Shown here: positions 11,201 through 19,700 of the stretch, in pieces
How positions within the stretch are numbered: the stretch's first letter is position 1
Layout of the letters: each line of letters opens with the position of its first letter
Assembly (NCBI GenBank): GCA_043718225.1
Contig: JAYSWD010000065.1
Location: 1-51,750 of the forward strand
Length of the DNA stretch: 51,750 nt
Direction: 5' to 3'
Origin: Candidatus Omnitrophota bacterium
GTDB taxonomy: Bacteria; Omnitrophota; Omnitrophia; Omnitrophales; Aquincolibacteriaceae
Notes under the pieces: generated by a model
The model's database searches: none
What the model was told of the DNA's origin: nothing
Seen by the model: only the letters and a program-made list of their open reading frames with translations
Position numbers and translations under genes: made by a program

Positions 11201-12310
11201 AATTAAATTTAGAAGCGCGGTCTGGTCTGATTTGAAGGCGAGTTTTTTTTCAAGTTTCGCCAGCATGTTTTCCCATTCAGAAAGAAAGATATTCGACCGC
11301 ATGCGTGCCAACATTTCTCCGCGCTGCGCCAAAGCCCGCAATGCCTCCGGAATACGCGGCGTCCAGCCCTGCGCACGGCAGAAACGAATCGCATAAGCGG
11401 CAAATTGCGCATCGGATAAATTTCCCGTCGCCCAAGCCTGTTCATTCGAGGACCATTCTTTAAGCGTCTGTTTATTTTTTATTTTTCGGCGGACTTCCCG
11501 GCTCCATGCCGCGAGCGCTTCGCGCGAAAAAGATTGAGCGTCTTGAAGCTCCTGCGCCAGCACAGCAAGATGCGGAAAATCTTTTTTAAAGCCGGAGAGT
11601 TTCAGGTTTGCTTTTTCTAAAATTGACGCAAGAGCCTGCGGCTCGCCTTTTTTAAAACCAACGCGCTGGCTTTCAAACTCCATCAATTCTTTTGAAAAAA
11701 TTTCTTCCTTGAGGCTTTTGATTTTTTGATTCAGTTCATCCAATCGGCTTTGATAGGCGGGCAAAGCGGCGCGCGAAGAAAAATAAAATTGAAGGCCCTT
11801 TGCATACAAAGCAGAGTTTTCGGCTCCGAAATAATGTGTCTTTTCATTGCCTGAAAGCGCGGCCAAGGCTGCGCCTGAAATTTCACCTTGTGCCCCAAGC
11901 TGCCGCATGGCTTGGTTCAACTTCTCCGGATCAGGGAAAGCGCGGAGAAGCTCGGTTTTAAAATCGCCCGTGACACCTTCAACGCCCACAAAACGGAGGC
12001 GTGCTTCTTTTTGTAAAAATTGAATTGTTTGCGAAATGGACTCCTGAGCCGCGGGAACGGCATGCGCATCATTTAGAATCCAAATGGCTTCAGACTTTTT
12101 ACCTTGATATGTTTTTTCGGTAAAAGCGAGATTTTCGGGAAGCTTTAGGTGACGAAAAAGAAATGTGGAGAGTGCTCCCGACTCGACTTGGGCCTTACCG
12201 ATTGAAAACTGTGCTTGCGCGGGAGAAATGGAAGACCATGTAAATACCCCCGTAAAGAGAAGCACAAACAATCTAAAACGCAAGGAGCGACGGTTGGGCT
12301 GAAATCGCAT
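5276..12310 (-). CDS. Large secreted modular protein (2344 aa): shared N-terminal DAH/GGFH domain, RSExR-bounded divergent alpha-glucan phosphorylase, C-terminal region
   Basis: Signal peptide (RFRLFVLLFTGVFTWSSISPAQA); NDAH..VEG..MRE..VGGFH; RSEFR at aa 669; phosphorylase motifs SFAMEAGL, TGGLG, TNGI, RRQVAYK, EASATSMMKVLANG; RSETR/RSEAR at aa 2042/2051. Confidence 0.85.
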   Translation of the reverse strand: MRFQPNRRSLRFRLFVLLFTGVFTWSSISPAQAQFSIGKAQVESGALSTFLFRHLKLPENLAFTEKTYQGKKSEAIWILNDAHAVPAAQESISQTIQFLQKEARLRFVGVEGVTGDFKTELLRAFPDPEKLNQAMRQLGAQGEISGAALAALSGNEKTHYFGAENSALYAKGLQFYFSSRAALPAYQSRLDELNQKIKSLKEEIFSKELMEFESQRVGFKKGEPQALASILEKANLKLSGFKKDFPHLAVLAQELQDAQSFSREALAAWSREVRRKIKNKQTLKEWSSNEQAWATGNLSDAQFAAYAIRFCRAQGWTPRIPEALRALAQRGEMLARMRSNIFLSEWENMLAKLEKKLAFKSDQTALLNLIHQSEFLNDWIKLELSRKTWNQTVKPFSVVSNARFRALSENLETLRAELVNSDFALFYKNAEMREKALLENTLKQMHRAGESTAVLIVGGFHAEGLTNELEARGISYSVLTPAISELPAENRYNALMSGDVSWKKFLRVENGQIKLYESFARAMTHRLLDLEGERKDPSRALANYKTWRENLIRGIHGAAAQKNLRALSLLDEIVLEAVYPEQYPSLKASWKNTFAKLMPALQRLKKAGKLNQTTLASSLNAMTMKEFISTPFVLKGPVMQTAQVSASPATSRFRATSSSSKAIAPAFARSEFRKAPKLLTPENGFKYLPEYWIASFAMEAGLPRHILDAIEKDINDDLYDLQKILPENTAREVFRAIQENDHEELKKFGVTGGAELAIRAAFEQATKKLVARYKIPNAQAATLIAQVTLTGGLGALMPDLYEAHGAIETGASKGWVGLNPLWNRIKNKPEKGAGVPWGDVIKSKMKLRGDLKIQMTLELDGREREIEVAIYETEMDFHKEAKQYYLDARYADTREPVFQEAYEDNYDRYSDMIVFREAGQLLMKKLVAGKPYENKILVVDHEAFTSIPLGHFPDAIKVTLNHTVFMPGVPKPPAAFFKQLKFPRWMKRFITGNGLIWITDFVLLSYHLITGVSLNEHMQALRDNIFRFYWHKLFGFYDPNSKARSTNGIFFQRWVSPDRQQLKEKAKSAIGIPVYGDVPEVSDAALFEALNLPDHADQKKDFMQKNEAISAIDAAQLMIWLYRKHKIKWLFDSFKDYMSAHGLSEAALISRIEQFSSELTTFLKADRAEPWSVFLAVHPAFNDFIQAALNDPILTNLRRQVAYKGPDKYDEGFTREARQALDEKSLSHIDLGQLFNEWLAGKKESFSLVKQTIRNAKNLNEIHETWARLLIGGRTFDEREAYRRFLYIKFLVELMSIEDRVATIENYNYYEAPIIFRGAQGAIMLSDEFLEASATSMMKVLANGGEVIGVFGGANPEIWVVVDENGKEIPVLDKDGNPILKYEQLAEWLIEKKAHIRNGILVAYDKIISTQAGGGRRPSTESLIAAVKQAKENRKDAETRQKRMFDSVASSPRVDATTSQALAHAHLFEITISKEMERRALIERSPLDGKAIESIPRRKTFVWRLLREGKEVPLKAYPSDPALKGGLLRTMRSFRKIINYERLWGAEQTHGQDLLVSLAYSAGIRYRETVIESHDGDPKKRSMKIEFIGVLTPAEMEPGQNLFDYFIAELEALPENHSVLTQRVYELREKAMASTNPQVRLESLSEIVELIDQWLLASAGKFLEAYLNAMSPDEIAPLRKNLENASIDNTYQPWAEYLVRYLDTQSWAHVLDTSVDGLHSYVVQRPGKKPYLVNINVAHSVTDEIEGGQRVKKARATVFFDKYAAQLLGFSQSAFFLVKEVKRGLDFKLHPVGDGRLGVGILAPLNIEVLELEPKQNEAAFKMHIATKLANERNAEGSVGEIERQIQAMFELTQPEEREAAFSQYFEQLAEIDSRSAVFLFSKAGVRIIQLLAAALAPQELILFEDWDAAMYKNIQRLNQLVEGALFDESQVVERRVVTSSHIATIVIAVKLKSGATVFFNLKVAPGFDREFNQGSSETQKLNTVIMPNELKFLGFRDAAIRDGMVQRDGAPAQYDGRNFREAWQVRIPAEDAYQTLIVTQRSETRSAAVRSEARIQSGAKTPVASTNNLGIFAAFFLLVVTILGSQPAIAAEVAAPAYIAAHLGDGFVPKIILDSARGAAAESKARTELPLAQPAVLPADPLEIFVAAHFQANPKTKLHLGFAMAYSPTMEPDSLEAKSDFLIYAEKIEALKRQHPDGLIENHMALLLPKKPSKEASAFSKKVGKVARVQTVANSEAMESFLMRNQEIFTFNLEGLNMQPSDLKAFRHLAVKVGGLPSAQILNSAVFLNVSTAAQTDITVKDVQEIARRYPSLFGFNGSLSINSILDAALLAVEIRNYIASMA

Positions 12311-12453
12311 TTTCCCCCTCTACAGATTCAAGAATTAAACTGGTTTTAAAAACTTACATTATGAGTTTAGCAAAGACAAACACAAAAAAATAAATTTTTT
12401 AATCAATTATTTAAAGCTATGAAATGCTATAAGATGATTTGACTGGCTATGGC

Positions 12454-13551
12454 TTAAACCGAGAAACGAAACAGCATGACATCGCCGTCTTTCACTATAT
12501 ATTCTTTACCTTCAACGCGTAGCAGGCCTTTTTCTTTGACGGCTTTTTCAGAGCCGCATGCGACTAAATCCTCATAACTCATTACTTCCGCGCGAATAAA
12601 ACCGCGTTCAAAATCACTGTGAATCACGCCTGCAGCCTGGGGCGCGGTCATGCCTCTCACAATCGTCCACGCGCGAACTTCTTTTTCGCCTGCCGTAAGA
12701 TAAGTGATTAAATTCAAAGTTTCATACCCGCAGCGGATGAGCTTATGCATGCCGGGTTCTTCCAATCCTAAACTTTCTAAAAAATCTTTTTGTTCGGCTT
12801 CCGACAATTCAATAATCTCGGATTCTACTTTTCCGGAAATCACAACCACCTTCGCGCTTTCAGCCGCGGCAATTTTGCGGACCTCTTCGACCAGCGGCCC
12901 CCCGCCCGGCAAGTCGCTCTCAGCAACATTGGCACAATAAAAAGTAGGCTTTAAAGTTAAGAAACTGCATTCTTTAACAGTAAGTTGCTCATCTTCGGTA
13001 AGTCCCAGTTTGCGCAAAGGCGTTCCGGCCTCGAGCGCTTTCTTAATTTTTTCGAGTGTCGGCTGGATCGCGAGCGCGTCTTTATCGCCGCTGCGCGCGA
13101 GTTTGTCATTTTTGGTAAAGCGCGTACCAATAGTTTCGAGGTCTTTTAAGCAAAGTTCGGTGTCGATAACTTCAATGTCACGCGCAGGATTGACGCTGCC
13201 GGAAACGTGCAAAATATTCGGGTCTTCAAAACAACGCACTACATGCATGATCGCTTCGACTTCGCGGATATGCGTTAAAAATTTATTGCCCAGGCCCTCG
13301 CCTTCGGCCGCGCCTTTCACAAGTCCCGCGATATCATAAAATTCAACCGTGGTCGGAACTTTGCTTTGCGGCTTGATCAGCTTGGTGAGAGTTTCAAGGC
13401 GGTAATCGGGAACAGGCACAATGCCCTTATTCGGTTCAATCGTGCAAAACGGATAATTCGCCGCCTGCGCGCGTGACTCTTTATTAATCGCATTGAAAAT
13501 CGTGGACTTGCCAACGTTCGGCAGCCCCACAATTCCGCATTTAAAGCCCAT
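12454..13551 (-). CDS. ychF: Redox-regulated ATPase YchF
   Basis: GIVGLPNVGKST, ANYPFCTIEPN, DIAGLVKGA, TGS domain ending YIVKDGDVMLFRF. Confidence 0.98.
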   Translation of the reverse strand: MGFKCGIVGLPNVGKSTIFNAINKESRAQAANYPFCTIEPNKGIVPVPDYRLETLTKLIKPQSKVPTTVEFYDIAGLVKGAAEGEGLGNKFLTHIREVEAIMHVVRCFEDPNILHVSGSVNPARDIEVIDTELCLKDLETIGTRFTKNDKLARSGDKDALAIQPTLEKIKKALEAGTPLRKLGLTEDEQLTVKECSFLTLKPTFYCANVAESDLPGGGPLVEEVRKIAAAESAKVVVISGKVESEIIELSEAEQKDFLESLGLEEPGMHKLIRCGYETLNLITYLTAGEKEVRAWTIVRGMTAPQAAGVIHSDFERGFIRAEVMSYEDLVACGSEKAVKEKGLLRVEGKEYIVKDGDVMLFRFSV

Positions 13552-13558
13552 GATTTTG

Positions 13559-13593
13559 CTCGTGGTTCGTGTTTAGTGCTTTGTGTTTCGTGA
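13559..13593. repeat. 7-bp tandem array immediately upstream of ychF
   Basis: CTCGTGG TTCGTGT TTAGTGC TTTGTGT TTCGTGA. Confidence 0.75.
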
Positions 13594-13720
13594 TGAAAGC
13601 GCGAAAGTGTATCAAAAACTCCGCTATGCTACAACCTTGCTAACCTCACGCCCGTCCGCCGTGGTGGAAAACCCGAATCACGCATTTATGCGGTTGAGCG
13701 AAGCTCAGAGCAAAAATATC

Positions 13721-16700
13721 TTACGCGGCTGAGGCGAAAACAAGCTGGGACAAAAAGGCTCGTGTCATTTCAATAAAACGGCCGGATGGATCGCTTAAAA
13801 ACTCATCTTTTTGAACCAATGGCGTATCGCTAACCGTCCATAATAGTCCTAAGGCCAACATCGCAGCTTGGCCTTGAGCAGCAACACGGGCGACTCCTTT
13901 GCGAAGGCTAGAAAATCGAACCTCACTTCTTCCGGTTATGATCACCGCTCGCTCAGAAACCTGAACTCGCATCAAAGCTTTCGACTCATCTCCGTTAATA
14001 AAATTAACACGTCCCCTGCCGTTTGGAATTGTGGTGAGCATCTGGGCTCGGTGGTCTTCAGAATCAGTTAATGAATCCTCACCATAAACTAAAAAGCGAA
14101 TCTCGGAACGTGTGTAGGCGGTTTTATAGAGCGCCAGAAAATTTTCTTCGGGAAGATTCCGCAATTCAACGCGCGAAATTAAAACTGTTCCGACTTTTTG
14201 AGCCGGTAACGTTTTCAAATTAAGCATGCGCTGCTCCGAACGCGCAAGAAAAAACGAATCGTGCTTACCGAAGAGTGGTTGCACAATTTCTTTGGGAAGA
14301 TCCAAAATATAAAATATATTTTCTTGCAAATCGATCTCGACATCTTTTAATTTGACCTTGTTCATACCCGAAATCATTGGGCGAACATTCTCATAAATCT
14401 GATAACGAGGATCGTTTATGAGCATTCGGGTCCAATCCCTGTATGTGCTTTTGTCATTTCCGAATGAACCTTCAAATGTTTCGACAGCCTGCTTAACCTT
14501 TGCATACGGGTCAATCGATGGCGTCACTATCGCATCAATGACATCAAGCCAGGCAAGATGCACCTCAGCCAAACTAATAATCCGAGTATTTGCAATGTAG
14601 GCATCTTTGGGTCCGGCCGCTACAATCGCTGCTTTCAATTTCGCTATATCCCCTGTAAGCGCCTCCCGAGTATTGCCTGTTGATAAAATAGTTTGTTTTA
14701 ATTCTGCCTGCCATGTTATTGATGCTTCGGTTTTTGCCTGTTGGCCGCCCCCCTTGCGACGCTGTCTTATATAGTCAGAATGTTTACGTTGCTTCTGCGG
14801 CGGAGGCTGAAAATGTGGCTTTGCAGGTGGAAAAAATCTCGGCACACTCGGCGCTGGTGCAGCGGGAGCCGGGGCCGCAGGAGCAGCAGGCAGCGGAATA
14901 CGAAACTGCCTTTCTGCATTTTCAAGTTTTGTTTTGAATCCACGCACCTCATTTGCAAGTATGCGCATTGGGCCGTCCACCAACGTGGTTTTTAAAGCCG
15001 CCTTTGCAACCAACAAAATATTAATGCCTTGAATTTCCCTTTCGATTTGAGCTAGTTCCTTTTTCCGCTTATGATAAAGTTCCGCACTGCCGATTTCCGC
15101 TTTCAAAGTTTCCAATATAGCCGGCAGGCGCTCATCTATAAATTTTTGTATCCTTGCTTTTGGTGAATTGTCCTCCGGCAAGGGGGCTGCCGCTACCGGC
15201 GCTTGCGGCGCGGGTTCTTTTTTAGTCTCGGCGCCCGTTGGGGCGACCGGAACACTTGCCGGTGCCTTCGCTGTTAATGCAGATTCCGTTTGCGGCGCAA
15301 CCGCAGCCTTGATGCTCACCGTTAGGGGTAAATCAAAAAATATTTGCGTATCTCGGATAGCACGCTCGAGCTTTTCAAATTGCGCGCGACCGGCTGCATC
15401 TAATTTTTTAAGATGGGGGCGCGTCTTTTCCAAAAGTTCGACGGCGCCGGACAAAGCCTTTTTCGCGGTTACGTTGTCACGCACGCTTGCACTCAAACTA
15501 GCCGTGTTCAAAATTCGTGACAAAGAAAGAACGCGTGAGTTGAAATCCTTTAAAACCACATCTGCATCTTGAGCGGGCAATACAGCGGACACTTGTGCCG
15601 CTGCCACAGCTACCACCGTTTTCCCTGCAACAATATTTTGTTTATAAACTTGCAAGGCCCGTGGCCAAGACCCATATTTAGTGACCATAACAGAATAAAA
15701 ACGCCGAACCTCTTCGTCTTGGTGAAAATGAATTTCTCCTGACCTGAGTTTTCCTTCGAGCACAAGCCGCGCGAAGAGAGCGTTTTCTTTTTCTTGAGTC
15801 CATTCCACCGGACGCGGACTATCTTTTTTAGGAATGTACAAAGCCCCCATTGGAATCCATTCGCGGTCCATGGCATAGCGGCGTATTTTTTTAATAATTT
15901 CACGGCGCCGCGCCCCAACGCTTGCCGGACTTATTTTAAGTGCTTCAGCTAGCGCAGTATCAGGCGCGGTTTTAGGTTCGGTAAAGCCTAAATCCTTATT
16001 TATCAATTCCCGGTGCTGGTCAGACCAGACAATATCTTTCACCGCGGTCTTGACTTCATTTACCTTCAAAACAGACCATTCAACAAGACGCGTCCAGCCC
16101 GTTCGCCGGTCTTTCAAAGCCAACAAGCCGGCGCGGCGCTGATTCTGAAAATTCGTGCTCGAAAGGCCCGTTTGTTCGAGTAACTTTCTAAAATCAGGCA
16201 AGAGCTCGTCCTCATCGGTGCTCAAGTAGCTTTTTACTAAAACATCTCTTTCTTTTGGCTCTAAAAAATTCCAGGCGTAACGCAATTCCATCATTTTTTC
16301 AGAATTGGTTCCGGCTAGCGGCGCACTCGTTCCATTGGCCCAGCGAAGATCCGCAATTGTAATTCCATAAACTTCAGGAATTCCGGTCGAGTAATCCAAT
16401 AAATCTTTTGGCTCTGTTTCGACGGGCAACAAAGGCTCAAAGCCATAATGCCGCAAGCCTTCGCGGATCGATCCAAACTCTGTTAAAATTTGGATCAAGG
16501 GCAGCAGTCCCGCTTCAAATAAAACAGTGTAAGTAATCGGGCCGCTCAACGCGAAGCCCGCGAGGGTTTGCCGAATATAATCATCCGTCCATTTATAGCG
16601 GATTACGGCTGTTGCGTTTTGAGTCCCCGCTTTTACAGCATGCGGCTTTCGCCATCTTACTTTTTTTATTTCCTCGTCAACCCACCCCTTTTGGATTGCA

Positions 16701-19700
16701 TGTTCTCGCAATACTTTTATAGTCATGCGTCGTAAATCCCGAATTTCCTGGCCATCGAAAGGCCCCTCGGCAACAAATAGTTTGTTAAATTCTGCTGCCG
16801 TTTCCTGGTCACTTTGGATGAATTCATTTTCAAAACCAAAATCGCGGCGCATCAGCTTGGCACCAGCCGGGCTTAAAATACTTCGCTCTGCCAAAACTGT
16901 TTCGACTTGTGCTGGCAAAATTCCGGTAATGGCGTGAAATTCATCTTCGGCTGTTTGAACATCGCGAAGTTCGCCGAGTGCCACTCTCCGCTCCTTGGAA
17001 ATATTTGTCCGGCCCAGTTGATATCCCTCTATCTTTAAAAGTTTGGCTATCGCGACAAGGGATGTCTGTGCGGTTTTCCCTTCCACTCCATATTGATAGG
17101 CCAAAACTAACCGTTGAATCGGCGTGAGGCGCAACCAGCCCTTCCGCAATCGCAAAATCTCTTTTTCTTTTGTTGTGTTCGTCAAATCTACCGCTTGTCG
17201 CAGCTTTTCAATGGAAACGCCGTATTCGGAAGGAATCCTCGCGTATTGACGCAACATGGGCTCACGATATTTATGGGCTGCTTTTTCAATTTCTAACAAT
17301 GTGGCGCGAATATGCCCGAGCCCGGTATAAATTCGTTTGCGCGTTGCCTTTCCTCCAAATTTTCTACTTACTTCCTTCGCTAAGGCTCGTTTATCATCCA
17401 AGCGGTTGCGGTTGATTCCAAAAAATCTTTCTAAAATATAAAATGTTTCCGGTTCTAATTTTAAAAAGTTTTCTTTTTTAATTTTTTCCTTGGAAATACC
17501 CAAAAACTCCGTCAAGTAATCCATGCCATCTTTGCCCGACAGAAGCAACGGTTTCATTTTAAAGTGATCGCTAGTGATATTCCGCGCGCTTTTATACCGC
17601 GCCTCCTCTGCTTCGGGATGCGCTGTTTTGTATCGATCAACCTCTTCGTTTACTTTGGCTAATACCGCGTCGTGGTCGAGCTGCTTTTCACGCCCAATTC
17701 CGTATTTGTAACGAATCAAAAGTTCACGCCTCAATGAAACCGACCTTAAAAAGTTATCGGTTATTTTTTCGACTGGGAGTCTTACTTCGTCCGCGAGAGA
17801 CTGCCGAGCGCCTTGGTCCGTCGGCTGAATTCTGCTAAAACCAGGCACATTCCCCGGGGGCGCCGCTGCGGGCGAACCTTTCTTTTTTTCCGTTATAGCA
17901 CTATACCCCGCCGCAATTGCTCTATTCTTTATATTCGACATAGTTGCTCCGACTGAAACTTCTGTGCTGTCGGCTGCGTCCGCAATTTGTCGATTTGAAT
18001 AATCAGAATGCTCACGCAATATTTGTATAATTTTCTTTTCTAAGTTTGAAAATGTCGCAACATAATCAGCCGGAAGTGTTGTTAAAAACAAAACATTTTC
18101 AGCGCGGGATGGTCTTTTGGTAATCCTTGTCGCATCAACAGACTCTATTTTCCTTTGGGCCGCAGTGCGCCCAGGCTCAGGCGGCCGATCTCTCCCTAAA
18201 GCTGAGTCTGCCAAATAAGAATGATAGGGATCTAATGCTCTCAACCTAAAAGCTGCGCTTTGGTGCGCTTTTCCGGGAGAAGCTCTTGTTGCGTCAAATT
18301 TACGAATTGCTTCATCACGCAGTCCTTTAATATATTCAGCGCGTTCTTTGGAGCGGCGAATAATTTGTGCCTGCCGCCAATTGAAAATAGCTAATTGCCA
18401 AATTTTTCTTCGAGAATTTTGTTCTTGATCAAGGCGAGCTCGCTCCCACAAAGCATAAGAGCCTTTTTCCACGGCTGCTAAAACTTCTTTTATTTCTGTT
18501 TCTGTCGGATTTTCAACGCCGGCCTGGGTCAGAAACAATCGCGCTTTCTCATAAAAACCAGACTGCTGGTCTTGAGAGTAAATTACGCCTAAATTTGAAA
18601 AGTTAACCTTGCCTTTTTTTTCGAGCTTTAGTAAATGATAAGGAGTTTGATAGTGCCGCATTTCTTCTAAAAGCTCCGCCATAGGAATCGGCAGCATATC
18701 AAATGGCATTTCTTGACTTCTCATCCGAGCAACGGCCTGATTGATTTCCTCAGGCGCCTGCTGCATGCCCCCGATCACTTGTGCGGCCCAAATACCTATT
18801 TTTCTATAATCTATTTCTTGAGCCCGTAAAAAATTATTTAAAATTTCTTTGCTGGAAAGGTCCAAAGCAGGAAAAAGCTGGGAAACAACCGGCCGCAAAC
18901 CCCGCTGTTCAGCATTAACTATCGCTTGGATTAAGTCATGCAGTGTAAGGACATTGCGCTTGGGAAAGCGCTGTTCTTGTGAAGAAAATAAGGCTCGCGG
19001 GTCTGATTCACCTTCTATGAAGGGCACCATTCTTTCTGACGGCAGGCCCGACTTAATACGCTGAATCCGCTTTAATCTTTCGGCGTCTGAAATGCGTGTG
19101 CCTAATTGCAAAACAGTTTTGATCTCGGATTGTTTTTCAATCACCCAAGGCTCAACGCGAAACCATGTCCATTCATTTGGATTAATTTGCTTTTGATCAG
19201 CCACGGTCAAAATACCCCATGCGGCTAAATTCTTAAATACTTCGCGCATCATGAGCGCATGATAATTTTCGGATGTTTCTATAATCATGGATGTTCTAAG
19301 CGCAAATCCTTCGCGAATCCAATCCAAAAAATTCGAAATTAATAATTCAAATGTATAAACATGCGCGCCATCTTCTTGAATTTCTGAATCAGCCGGTGTG
19401 TTTTTTCCAATACGCGTTTCGCTTCTAACAGACTTAGGAAATTTACGATGCGTTTCATCCACACGCTTCATCAGCGCTTCCGCAAAGGAAAAGTCTGTTT
19501 CTTCGATCACATGTCCTAGAATCCATCGATAGGAATCATAATCTGCCGGATCAAACGCTCTCAGCCGATAGCCTGGTACGGGCCGAAACCGTGCCCCATC
19601 AGGATGTTCAACTTTAATCTTGATAGGCTCTGCTTTTTGAATCCAGCCAAGGCTCAGAAATTTATCCAAAATTTTTCCGGCTGTGGTCGGTGATCGTCCT

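Noticed and set aside
12415-12455. Weak GCTAT repeats after ychF
   Set aside because: Too degenerate to call a heptamer array.
13640-13710. Small palindromes (GTCCGCCGTGGTGGA, CGCATTTATGCG) after the giant gene
   Set aside because: Short single copies; cannot be assigned as terminator, ncRNA or repeat.
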